Assembly (NCBI GenBank): GCA_003104995.1
Contig: PQAO01000027.1
Location: 100,799 to 164,798 of the forward strand
Direction of reading: 5' to 3'
Source: Dehalococcoidia bacterium
GTDB taxonomy: Bacteria > Chloroflexota > Dehalococcoidia > Tepidiformales > Tepidiformaceae
Length of the DNA stretch: 64,000 nucleotides
The translations under genes were made by a program, and so were the position numbers. The notes under the pieces are model-generated. The model saw only the letters and a list, made by a program, of their open reading frames with translations. It had not been told where the DNA came from and ran no database searches. Positions 55,469 to 64,000 of the stretch are shown here, one piece after another; position 1 is the first letter of the stretch; the number at the start of each line of letters is the position of its first letter.

Positions 55469-56671
55469 TCAATCCCTCGCCAGGATGATGGTGCCACCGG
55501 TGTGGCTGGTCGCGAGCATCCCGCCGTTTCCGTGGGCGACGGCCAGGCGCGCATCGGCGCGCTGGGAAGTCGATTCGCCCCGCAGCTGGCGGGTGGCCTC
55601 CAACAGGAGGAACAGGCCGCGCATGCCCGGGTGGTTCGAACTCAGCCCGCCCCCGTCGGTGTTGAGCGCCGGCTTCAGGGGGCTGTCCCAGCGCAGGCGC
55701 TGCTCCGAGACGAACGCCCCACCCTCGCCCTTCTTACAGAACCCGAGGTCTTCGAGCATGATCATGACGGTGATGGTGAACGAGTCGTAGATCATCGCGA
55801 TGTCGATTTCGTCGGCGCTCACATCAGCTTCGGCCCACGCCCGCGGCCCCGACTGGGCCGCGGCGCTCACCGTGAGATCGCCACCGTTTTCGGAGTACTT
55901 CGTGGCTTCGCCGGAGCCGATGATCCAGACCGGCTTCTTCTTGCAGTCTCGCGCGACCTCAGGGGAGGCAATGACCACCGCCCCACCCCCGTCGGAGACC
56001 ATGCAGCATTCAAGCAAATGCAGCGGGTCGGCGATCATCCGGGAATTGAGCACGTCTTCGACCGTGATCTCGTTAATGCCGACGAATTCGAGGTCGGTCA
56101 TCGCCTGCACAGCTTCCGGGTTGCGCATGGCGTGTGCTCGGGTCGCGACCGAGATCCGCGCCAGCTGCTCGCTGGTTGTGCCGTACTGGTACATATGGCG
56201 CTGAGCGACCATCGCGTAGTTCGCGATGAGGGTCATACCCCATGAGTCGGTCATGTTGCTGAGGGGGCTGGCCGGGCCCGCGCCCATTCCGCCGCCCATC
56301 GAACCGATCCGCCGTGAATCGCTGTGCGCGGTGGAGCCATAGGTCAGGAGGGCGACCTTGCACTTGCCGGCCGCAATGTCGCGCTTCGCGTGGGAAGCGT
56401 GGAACTCATAGGAGCTCCCGCCGACCGCGGTGGTGTCGATGACGTTGGGCTTGAAGCCGAAGTACTCGGCGAGTCCGAGGCCGGCCATGCCCGCGCCATC
56501 CTGCGCGTCGTAGAGGCCGTCGACATCGCTCCACTTGAGCCCGGCGTCGTCGAGCGCCCTGGCGGCGCATTCCGCCTTGATCTGGAGTGGGGTGACTCCG
56601 GGAGCCTTGCGTTTCGGATATTCGTGGATGCCGACGATCGCGGCATCACGCCGTTGGGAGACCATGAACAC
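55469..56671 (-). CDS. Thiolase-like protein (SCP-x / nonspecific lipid-transfer type)
   Basis: The thiolase-fold length and pattern are present, with GGSSYEF where the active-site Cys region is expected, plus C-terminal NTDGGGLS and HGNGG. It is paired with a DUF35 gene, as is typical for this subfamily. Confidence 0.85.
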   Translation of the reverse strand: MFMVSQRRDAAIVGIHEYPKRKAPGVTPLQIKAECAARALDDAGLKWSDVDGLYDAQDGAGMAGLGLAEYFGFKPNVIDTTAVGGSSYEFHASHAKRDIAAGKCKVALLTYGSTAHSDSRRIGSMGGGMGAGPASPLSNMTDSWGMTLIANYAMVAQRHMYQYGTTSEQLARISVATRAHAMRNPEAVQAMTDLEFVGINEITVEDVLNSRMIADPLHLLECCMVSDGGGAVVIASPEVARDCKKKPVWIIGSGEATKYSENGGDLTVSAAAQSGPRAWAEADVSADEIDIAMIYDSFTITVMIMLEDLGFCKKGEGGAFVSEQRLRWDSPLKPALNTDGGGLSSNHPGMRGLFLLLEATRQLRGESTSQRADARLAVAHGNGGMLATSHTGGTIILARD

Positions 56672-56795
56672 GAACTCCTTGCCAGGTGCGGCCGATGGGG
56701 TGCCGCCCTCGTGTCGGGACTCTACGGACGGCCCTCAAGGCCGTCAAACGGACCGGTAGCGGTCCAGCCGCTCGCTCTGCTACCGTCCGCGCGCT

Positions 56796-59126
56796 GTGGT
56801 CCTGATAGCTCTTGCGCTGGGGTGGTTCGCCGGGCTGGTCCCCGTCGCCGCATGGTCGGCACCATGGTGGGTTGGGGCGGCGTGGGTTGTGGCAGCGCTG
56901 CCAGCGGTGGTGGTTTCCGGCGCGCGAACGCGCTGGAGGCTGGCCGCCGCCGTCATCGTAATGGCGCTCCTCGGCGGTTGGCGGCTCGACCATGCTCTCG
57001 ATGCCGGGCCGCCGGCCGTGGCAGCGTTCACCGGGGAGGATGCGACAGTGACCGGGACCGTGGTCTCCGAGCCAGACCCGGGCGCCATCAGCACCTCGTA
57101 CGAACTGCGCCTTGACGAGCTCGCGGTCAATGGGACGGTTGTCCGCGATGCCGGGGTCGTCCGGGTCACCCTGCACCAGTACGCTGCGTTCCTCCCGGGC
57201 GACCGGTTGCGCCTCACCGGGGAGATCGACACCCCGCCGGTGTTCGATGGATTCGATTACCGGTCCTACCTGCGGCAACGGGGCATCTGGGCCACCATGC
57301 TCTTCCCGCGGTTCGAGCTGTTGGGCGCCGGAGACCGCGGCTTCGCACGGGACATTGTGCGAGCGCGACTTGCGCTAGACCGGTCGCTCCAGAGGTCGCT
57401 CCCGGAGCCGGAAGCGTCACTCGCTGCCGGCATCGCCTTTGGCCGCGACGGGAACCTCTCGCAGGAGAGCAAGGAAGCCTTCAACCGCTCTGGCCTGCGA
57501 CACCTGGTTGCCGTCTCGGGGTCGAACGTCAGCCTGGTAGCGGCCATCACGCTCGCACTTGCCATACCCCTCATCGGACGCCGCCGCGCATGGATACCTG
57601 CCGCGCTCACCATCGGCGTCTACCTGCTGGCGGCAGGATTCTCGCCAAGCGTGGTAAGGGCCGGGGTGATGGCCGGGATCTACCTGGTGGGCGGCGTCGC
57701 CGGGCGTCCCCAGAGTGGTCTTCCAGCTCTTGGCGCGGCCCTCATCCTGATGACCTTCGTTCAGCCGGCCAACACACTGGACGTTGGGTTCCAGTTGAGC
57801 ATGGCGGCAACAGCGGGGCTGCTGACGTTCGCGCCCTGGCTGAGCTACGTCTTCGAACGGTGGACGTTGAAGTCCCGCGTACCCGTCCCGCGCTGGGTGA
57901 CCCAGGTGTCGGCCCTCTCGGTCGCTGCCAGCCTCTCGACCGCACCGATCATGTGGGCGAGCTTCGGGGAGCTCTCGCTCGTGAGCCCCGCCGCCAACCT
58001 GGTCGTCGAGCCAGTCTTCGTAGTGGCGTTCTGGACGAGCCTGATCGCGGCCGTGCTTGGAGCCTGGTCTGATCACCTGGGGTGGATGGCGGGAATCGCC
58101 GCCTACTATCCTCTCGCGTTCATCGGCGGTGTGGCGTCGAATGCGGCTTCGCTCCCGTTTGCGTCGGTGTCTCCCGGACGCGGTTCCGCTGGAGCAGCGC
58201 TTGCCGTTTCGGTACCCCTGTTGCTGGCGGGCGCCGTGGCCTACCGGTACGTCCCTCCGGTCACTCAGGCCCCTCCGTTCACGGAACGCCGGCGGCAGCT
58301 GGCGAACCGCCTCCTGCTCGCGGGCGCCGGCGGCTGCATCGGGATCGTTGCGATCCCGCTCACCATCCTGCCGGCCCGGGGGCCGGGTCAACTGCGGGTC
58401 GACTTCCTCGATGTCGGACAGGGCGACGCGATTCTCGTGACCACGCCGCACGGCCGGCAGGTGCTGGTTGATGGCGGGCCCAGCGGCATCCGGCTGGCGC
58501 GTGAGCTGGGCGAAGTGTTGCCGCACTGGGACCGGTCACTCGACGTGGTGGTACTTACGCACCCGCAGGAAGACCACATGGGCGGCCTACCGGGGATCGC
58601 CGGGAGGATGACCATTGGGACCACGTACACGTCCGGGCGCACAAACGGGACGCTCACCTTTGCCGCTTTTGAAGACCGATTCGCCAGGCGGGAGGTGCTG
58701 GCAGCAGGAGGCCGGTTCACGATCGACGAGGTCGTGTTCGAGGCCCTCTGGCCCCCTCCGGAATTTGAGCCGCGGCAGCTCAACGACGCCTCGGTCGTGC
58801 TCAGGGTTTCCTATGGAGCCGTGGCATTCCTCCTGGCGGGAGACATCGAAGCGGCCGCGCAGCTCGAAATGATGTCGACTGCCGATGTGAGCGGAGCCAT
58901 CCTGAAGGTCCCGCACCATGGGTCGAAAACGAGCGCGCCCGAGTTCCTTTCGGCCGTCCGTCCGCCCGTCGCGGTCGTCCAGGTTGGCGCGGATAACCGC
59001 TTCGGCCATCCGCACGCTGAAACCCTGGAAGCCCTGGCGAGCAGCAGGGTGTACCGCACCGATCAGCGGGGCCGGGTCACAGTCTCCACGGACGGCCGTT
59101 CCATTACCGTTGCGACAGAACGGTAG
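56796..59126 (+). CDS. comEC: ComEC/Rec2 DNA-internalisation protein with a C-terminal metallo-beta-lactamase domain
   Basis: It has an N-terminal OB/DUF4131 region and a polytopic competence domain ([17 protein letters not shown]). The MBL domain reads [13 protein letters not shown]...[12 protein letters not shown]...[10 protein letters not shown]. The start is a GTG. Confidence 0.85.
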   Translation: MVLIALALGWFAGLVPVAAWSAPWWVGAAWVVAALPAVVVSGARTRWRLAAAVIVMALLGGWRLDHALDAGPPAVAAFTGEDATVTGTVVSEPDPGAISTSYELRLDELAVNGTVVRDAGVVRVTLHQYAAFLPGDRLRLTGEIDTPPVFDGFDYRSYLRQRGIWATMLFPRFELLGAGDRGFARDIVRARLALDRSLQRSLPEPEASLAAGIAFGRDGNLSQESKEAFNRSGLRHLVAVSGSNVSLVAAITLALAIPLIGRRRAWIPAALTIGVYLLAAGFSPSVVRAGVMAGIYLVGGVAGRPQSGLPALGAALILMTFVQPANTLDVGFQLSMAATAGLLTFAPWLSYVFERWTLKSRVPVPRWVTQVSALSVAASLSTAPIMWASFGELSLVSPAANLVVEPVFVVAFWTSLIAAVLGAWSDHLGWMAGIAAYYPLAFIGGVASNAASLPFASVSPGRGSAGAALAVSVPLLLAGAVAYRYVPPVTQAPPFTERRRQLANRLLLAGAGGCIGIVAIPLTILPARGPGQLRVDFLDVGQGDAILVTTPHGRQVLVDGGPSGIRLARELGEVLPHWDRSLDVVVLTHPQEDHMGGLPGIAGRMTIGTTYTSGRTNGTLTFAAFEDRFARREVLAAGGRFTIDEVVFEALWPPPEFEPRQLNDASVVLRVSYGAVAFLLAGDIEAAAQLEMMSTADVSGAILKVPHHGSKTSAPEFLSAVRPPVAVVQVGADNRFGHPHAETLEALASSRVYRTDQRGRVTVSTDGRSITVATER

Positions 59127-59208
59127 CGCTGCTTTTGCGTGGCAGGCGTCGCCGAATTACGGTAGCCGAAGGGGCAAACCGCCCCACGCACTCCCTGGAG
59201 CTCCAACT

Positions 59209-59934
59209 GTGACTACCCGCATCGATGGGCGCCGCCCCGACGCGCTTCGCCCCGTCCACCTCGCCACCAACGTCCTCGACTTCGCCGAAGGGAGCTGCCT
59301 GGTCGAGTTCGGGCGGACGCGCGTCCTTTGCGCGGCGAGCGTCGAAGACCGGCAACCACCCTTCCTGCGGAACACCCAGAGCGGCTGGGTCACCGGCGAG
59401 TACTCGATGCTCCCCCGGGCAACGCACACGCGTAGCCAGCGTGAAGTCGAGCGCGGACGGCCGGGTGGCCGAACTCAGGAGATTCAGCGGCTGATCGGCC
59501 GGGCGCTGCGTGGTGTGGTCGACCTCGAGATGCTGGGGCCCCGGACCATCACCCTCGACTGCGATGTACTGCAGGCCGATGGTGGGACGCGGACGGCGTC
59601 GATCACGGGAGCCTATGTCGCGCTCCAGCTGGCCGTCCGGAAGCTCGCCGCAGCCGGCGTGCCCGAGGCGGCGATCCAGTCACCGGTTGCGGCCGTTTCC
59701 GTCGGCGTGATCAAGGGCGTCCCAATGCTGGACCTCTGCTACGAGGAGGACTCGACCGCCGAAGTCGATTTCAATGTCGTGATGACCGGCGGCGACGACT
59801 TCGTCGAAGTCCAGGGGACGGCGGAGGGCAAGCCCTTCTCCCGTTCTGCGATGGACGCGCTGCTCGACCTGGCTCGCGACGGCATCCTGGACCTGTTCGA
59901 GAAACAGCGAGTCGCGATAGCTTCAGCCGGCTAA
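59209..59934 (+). CDS. rph: Ribonuclease PH
   Basis: [13 protein letters not shown]...[19 protein letters not shown]...[17 protein letters not shown]...[15 protein letters not shown] is readable. The GTG at 59209 lies 8 nt after GGAG. The upstream part of the track ORF overlaps comEC. Confidence 0.9.
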   Translation: MTTRIDGRRPDALRPVHLATNVLDFAEGSCLVEFGRTRVLCAASVEDRQPPFLRNTQSGWVTGEYSMLPRATHTRSQREVERGRPGGRTQEIQRLIGRALRGVVDLEMLGPRTITLDCDVLQADGGTRTASITGAYVALQLAVRKLAAAGVPEAAIQSPVAAVSVGVIKGVPMLDLCYEEDSTAEVDFNVVMTGGDDFVEVQGTAEGKPFSRSAMDALLDLARDGILDLFEKQRVAIASAG

Positions 59935-60260
59935 CCGACGTAGTGGCCCAGGAACATTCCACCAAGGATGTGCAGGTGGCCGTGCTCCTGGCTTTGCATG
60001 GCGTCGTAGCCGAAGTTGCTGACCACGCGAAATCCGCCCGGGCAAAGCTGCCTGCCGATCTCGGCGGCGATTTTGCCAACCTTGCCGATGTGGTGCTCCC
60101 ACAGCTCGGCCTGGGTGGTGTGCTCTTTCGTCATCGCCAACAGCATGACGGGAACCCAGCGCAGGATGTTCTGGATGACGATGACTTCCTCGTCTTCGTA
60201 GACGACGTTCGCAGGCTCTTGCCCGGCTACAATGTTGCAGAAGACGCAGTAAGAACGCAT
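59931..60260 (-). CDS. HIT-family (histidine triad) hydrolase
   Basis: Has the N-terminal CVFCNIVAG and the HGHLHILGG histidine triad. Confidence 0.85.
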   Translation of the reverse strand: MRSYCVFCNIVAGQEPANVVYEDEEVIVIQNILRWVPVMLLAMTKEHTTQAELWEHHIGKVGKIAAEIGRQLCPGGFRVVSNFGYDAMQSQEHGHLHILGGMFLGHYVG

Positions 60261-60327
60261 GGGGCCAGACGATCATAGGTTCGGCCCGTTCCTCGGACAA
60301 ACCGTATCCACCATCGAGGGAGTTCAA

Positions 60328-61617
60328 ATGCCCCAGTTCACGCCTTTTCAGGGGCTCCGCTACGCCGCCGCGGCCGGCCCGCTGAGCGAGTTGCTCGCTC
60401 CCCCATACGACGTCATCACCCCCGCCCAACAGCGCATGCTGGCGGCCCGGAACCCCCACAACGCCGTCCGCCTGGAACTCGCTGAAGGTGGGGAAGAGCG
60501 GTACGCCCAGGTGGCCGGCCTGGTCGCGGACTGGACCCGCTCCGGGATGGTTCGGCGCGACGACACACCGATGCTGTATGTCTATGAGCAGGAGTTCGTC
60601 GAGGAGGGCCGCGTATTCCACCGGCGGGCACTCATCGCGGCGGTCGAAGCCCAGCCGTGGGACGAAGGAGCGGTGAAGCCGCACGAGTTCACGATGTCGG
60701 GGCCGAAGGAAGACCGCCTGAAGCTGCTCCAGGCGACGGGCATCCAGTTCAGCCCGGTGTTCATGATCGCCCGTGACCGGGCAGGACAGCTGGCCCAGTT
60801 CCTCGAAACCACCATCGTGAGCCGCCCGCCCGACGCCACGGCGACGACCTTCGACGGGGACCACCACCGGTTCTGGGCCATCGAAGCCAGCACATACGAG
60901 ATGCGGCAGGTCGCTCCGCTCCTTGGTGAGTCGTTCTACATTGCCGACGGCCACCACCGCTACGAAACGGCGGTCAACTACCGCAACTGGCGGGCCGGGC
61001 AGGAGCAACTTCCGCGGGACCACCCGGCTCGCTTCGCCATGACGGCCATCGTTAGCGCATCCGATCCCGGCCTCCTCATTCGCCCGATCCACCGGATGGT
61101 GCCCCACACCGCCCCGGCCGACTGGCGGGAGCGCCTTGCCGGGGCCTTCGAAATCACGCATGTGAAGCTGATCGGCGGCGCCGGCGAGAGAGCCGCTGAA
61201 CTCGCAGCGCTCCTAATGGCAGACCCCGGGAATATCGTCGCCATCGGATTGGAGCCGGGACAGGTCCACCTGTTGCGGCGGCAGCAGGGCGTGCCACTGG
61301 CCGGAGAGGTCCCCCGGGACCGCAGCGAGGCCTGGGCCGCCATCGCGCCCAATGTGCTGCGGTACGGGGTCCTCGAACCGCTCTGGGCGATCTCCGACGA
61401 AGACTTGCGGGCTGGCGTGGTCGAGTATTCGCACGACACGAACGAGGTCCTTGGGTTCCTGGACGCGCACCCCGGATCGGCGGCGTTCCTTCTGAATCCG
61501 GTGACGATAGGTTCAGTGATGGGCCTCGCGGACCAGGGCGAGCGGATGCCCCAGAAGTCGACCTTCTTCCACCCAAAGCTGGGCACCGGGCTCGTTTTCC
61601 ACCCGCTCAACCCATAG
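60328..61617 (+). CDS. DUF1015 domain protein
   Basis: MPQFTPFQGLRYAA...LLAPPYDVI...YIADGHHRYETA is the DUF1015 signature. GAGGGAG lies upstream of the ATG at 60328. Confidence 0.85.
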   Translation: MPQFTPFQGLRYAAAAGPLSELLAPPYDVITPAQQRMLAARNPHNAVRLELAEGGEERYAQVAGLVADWTRSGMVRRDDTPMLYVYEQEFVEEGRVFHRRALIAAVEAQPWDEGAVKPHEFTMSGPKEDRLKLLQATGIQFSPVFMIARDRAGQLAQFLETTIVSRPPDATATTFDGDHHRFWAIEASTYEMRQVAPLLGESFYIADGHHRYETAVNYRNWRAGQEQLPRDHPARFAMTAIVSASDPGLLIRPIHRMVPHTAPADWRERLAGAFEITHVKLIGGAGERAAELAALLMADPGNIVAIGLEPGQVHLLRRQQGVPLAGEVPRDRSEAWAAIAPNVLRYGVLEPLWAISDEDLRAGVVEYSHDTNEVLGFLDAHPGSAAFLLNPVTIGSVMGLADQGERMPQKSTFFHPKLGTGLVFHPLNP

Positions 61618-61621
61618 AGAC

Positions 61622-62329
61622 TCAGGCGTCGGCAACATCGGCTGGCTCGGCTTCGAACATGTAGCCGATGCCCTGGAGCGTCCTGATGACCTGTGGAGTG
61701 GACGGGGTCTCTTCGAGCTTCGCCCGCAGGCGCGACACCCAGACGCGGAGATACTGGAGGTCATCCCGGTACTCCGGCCCCCACACCTTCGTGAGGAGCT
61801 CGGTGTTGAGCATCACTTTGCCGGCATTGGCGGCCAGGTGCTGGAGCAACAGCCACTCGGTCCGCGTGAGGGCCACCGGCTCGCCTCCCCTCTTCACCAG
61901 CCGTCGCGTGAGGTCAATTTCGACATCCCCCGCCTTCACGACCCGCTCCACATCCTGCGCGAGCACCCGCCGCAATACGGCTCTGACCCGAGCGCCGAGT
62001 TCGTCGGGGTTGAACGGCTTCACGATGTAGTCGTCAGCGCCGAGTTCGAGCCCGCGGACTTTGTCCGTATCCTTGTCTTTGGCGGTAACCAGGAGGACCG
62101 GGACGTTCGAGCGTTCGCGGAGGCGGCGCATGACCTCCAGGCCCGAAATCCCCGGCATCATCACGTCGAGCAGGATGGCATCGGGCCGGTGCTCTTCGGC
62201 CATGGTGATGGCCAAATCGCCGTCGCTGGCGGTGATGACCCGAAATCCCTGGGCAGAGAGCTCGAGCTTCATAAGCCGCAAGATGCCCGCCTCGTCGTCG
62301 ACGACCAGCAGGAGGGGATCGATGGTCAT
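61622..62329 (-). CDS. kdpE: OmpR-family response regulator (KdpE-like)
   Basis: The canonical receiver has LLVVDDE, ILLDVMMPG, LLVTAKD and KPF, followed by the wHTH IRTLQGIGYMF. The ATG overlaps the kinase stop (ATGA). The symbol is inferred only from pairing with the KdpD-like kinase. Confidence 0.8.
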   Translation of the reverse strand: MTIDPLLLVVDDEAGILRLMKLELSAQGFRVITASDGDLAITMAEEHRPDAILLDVMMPGISGLEVMRRLRERSNVPVLLVTAKDKDTDKVRGLELGADDYIVKPFNPDELGARVRAVLRRVLAQDVERVVKAGDVEIDLTRRLVKRGGEPVALTRTEWLLLQHLAANAGKVMLNTELLTKVWGPEYRDDLQYLRVWVSRLRAKLEETPSTPQVIRTLQGIGYMFEAEPADVADA

Positions 62330-64000
62330 ACTTCGACTCCTTCTTCGCGATAGGCCGGGAGGCTGAAGCCGACTTCGAGCCCGCCACCTTCTCGGGGCCG
62401 GGCCCACACTTCTCCCGACATCGCCTCCACGAGGCGTTTGCAGACAGCCAGGCCAAGGCCGGCCCCACTCGCCAGCCTGGAGGTGCGGTCCGAACGGTAA
62501 AAGCGCTCGAAGATGTGCTCCGCTTCCTCGGGGGGAACCCCAAAGCCACGGTCGAGCACCGCTATTTCGGCCCCCTCCGGGCGAGCGCGAAGGACAACCT
62601 CGATGGGGACGTCAGGCGGGCTGTACTTTACGGCGTTGCCGACCAGGTTGCGCAGGATCTGCTCGATGTAGCCGGGTTCGGCGGCGACCGCATCGGGTTC
62701 ACCCTCGGAAGTGTACGAGAACTCCCGCCCGTGTCCCGGCGCGAGGCCCGGAAGCAGCCCGGGGAGCAGCCGTTGGAGCAAGACAGGCTCCACGCTGACC
62801 TCATGGTCGAGTTCCACCCGGGAGAGCGCCAGGAGGTTCTCGAGCATCCGCGAAAGCCGCTCAGACTCTCGTTCGATATCGCGCAGGAGCCCGTCGGCCG
62901 TCTCCCGGTCGATCGTTTCGCCGCGCGACCGGAGCACACGGGCCCCGCCGTGGATCACCGTGATGGGAGTTCGGAGCTCGTGCGACATCAGTCCGAGGAA
63001 CTCGTCTTTGGCATCGTTCGCCCGGCGCGCCTCGGCGTAAAGGCGCGCATTGTCGGCCGAGATGGCGGTGCGGCGGCCAAGCTGTTGGGCCAACTCATAG
63101 TCGTCGTCGTCGAACGGCGCCGAGGCCCCGGCTCGCAAGAACGACATCACCCCGAGAATCTGCTCGCGCGCCGCCATTGGGACCATGAGCAGCGAGCGCG
63201 GTGCAATGTTCTCGATCGCGGCAATCGGTGTGTCACTGAGCCCAAGCCGCCGGTAGACCGCCTCGTTGAGGTCGGCGATGTGGACGCCCCCACGGCCCAA
63301 AAGGGCACTCCAGGCAGCGCGCCGAAGTTCCGGCTGTTCCGCCGAGATGGTGGCGAACAGTTCGAGAGCGGTGCCAATGTCGTCCCGTGCATAGGCCGTG
63401 GCGACGCGCCGCAGCTCCGTCCCTTCGACCAGGTCGATGGTACAGGCATCGGCAAAGCGCGGGACGACGAGACTGGCCACCGACCGCAGGGTCGTGTCGA
63501 GATCGAGCGAAGCATTGAGTTCCATGCCCGCGTCGGCGAGAGTCCGGAGCGCCTCATTCGCGCGCCGGGCTTCGGCTTCGCGTGCCTGTGCGGCGCCTTC
63601 GCTCACGACGAGACGGGTGACCGCCGCGCGCAAACGGCCTCCGAGCACAGCGATGGCCGTCCCTTCGAGTAGAAAGGCGATCCCTACCACCGCGTCGCCG
63701 CCGCCGATCCTCAGGTCCAGCGCGGGCGGCACAAAAAGCCACTCGCCGATCACGAGACAGGCCACGGTCGTCATGAGTGCTGGCCCGGTCCCGGCGAAGA
63801 GCGCGACAACGATGACCGCCGAGAGGAACACGATGAAGGTCGGCGCCAGGTCTTCCAGGATCACCTGGAGGACGATCCTGATGGTCACCACGACTACGAC
63901 TGCCGCGACGGCAATCAGGTATCCGCGCCTGTGGTCGCGCGCCTCCGGGGCCGAGACCCAGCGGATGAGGCCCTGGACTCGCTCTACGGCTGGCTGTGGG
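62326..64000 (-). CDS. kdpD: Sensor histidine kinase, KdpD-like C-terminal part (DUF4118 membrane domain - GAF - HisKA - HATPase); 5' end lies beyond the window
   Basis: Shows the H-box LGLMSHELRTPIT, the N-box NLVGNAVKYSP and the G-box GAGLGLAV. The frame stays open with no stop from 63891 to the window edge (...RGYLIAVAAVVVVVTIRIV...), so the GTG at 63891 in the track is not the real start. Confidence 0.8.
   Translation of the reverse strand, partial: PQPAVERVQGLIRWVSAPEARDHRRGYLIAVAAVVVVVTIRIVLQVILEDLAPTFIVFLSAVIVVALFAGTGPALMTTVACLVIGEWLFVPPALDLRIGGGDAVVGIAFLLEGTAIAVLGGRLRAAVTRLVVSEGAAQAREAEARRANEALRTLADAGMELNASLDLDTTLRSVASLVVPRFADACTIDLVEGTELRRVATAYARDDIGTALELFATISAEQPELRRAAWSALLGRGGVHIADLNEAVYRRLGLSDTPIAAIENIAPRSLLMVPMAAREQILGVMSFLRAGASAPFDDDDYELAQQLGRRTAISADNARLYAEARRANDAKDEFLGLMSHELRTPITVIHGGARVLRSRGETIDRETADGLLRDIERESERLSRMLENLLALSRVELDHEVSVEPVLLQRLLPGLLPGLAPGHGREFSYTSEGEPDAVAAEPGYIEQILRNLVGNAVKYSPPDVPIEVVLRARPEGAEIAVLDRGFGVPPEEAEHIFERFYRSDRTSRLASGAGLGLAVCKRLVEAMSGEVWARPREGGGLEVGFSLPAYREEGVEV

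Noticed and set aside
59923-61161. A 412-aa minus-strand ORF overlapping the HIT gene and DUF1015.
   Set aside because: DUF1015 (+) and HIT (another minus frame) both have clear family signatures. This frame is Arg/Gly-rich with no motifs.
63889-63891. The GTG at 63891 as the start of the histidine kinase.
   Set aside because: The frame remains open to the window edge and the upstream residues continue a hydrophobic DUF4118-type membrane domain. The gene is therefore 5'-truncated by the window rather than starting here.

Overview
The window is a GC-rich bacterial chromosomal segment. Its gene content (F420-type LLM oxidoreductase, Ku/LigD, an EF-G paralogue, CxxC-x17-CxxC and CxHHW zinc ribbons) hints at a Chloroflexota/Thermomicrobia-like or actinobacterial host, but this is inference only.

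I can support about 60 genes, most of them housekeeping:
- dtd-proS, the catalytic half of a split methylmalonyl-CoA mutase, a Ku-LigD NHEJ pair and a LonC-like protease
- an acyl-CoA dehydrogenase, aconitase plus isocitrate dehydrogenase, a DnaQ-DinG helicase and an EF-G paralogue
- tyrA-aroA-gmk, ltaE, pyrD, Mrp, a thiolase/DUF35 pair, ComEC and RNase PH
- a KdpDE-like two-component pair that runs off the right edge
- two tRNAs, Met-CAT and Pro-TGG

The accessory content is an integrase-bearing element of about 8.2 kb inserted into the 3' half of tRNA-Met. It is bounded by perfect 50-bp direct repeats (16679-16728 and 24854-24903).

Most noteworthy observations:
1. An in-frame TGA at 11104-11106 joins two track ORFs into one GrdB/PrdB-family protein. 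It creates a U-P-V-C motif and has a hairpin 10 nt downstream, so this is a probable selenoprotein of unknown function.
2. A two-gene cargo cassette of unknown function sits next to the island integrase. Its second protein carries an R / S-x-T / E-x-E pattern reminiscent of ADP-ribosyltransferases.
3. The attR end of the island holds an ORF-poor, repeat- and hairpin-rich stretch of about 0.6 kb, followed by a self-contained small gene with its own promoter and terminator.

I saw no CRISPR array, rRNA or IS transposase. Every functional call comes from reading motifs by eye in the translations; no database search or folding calculation was run.
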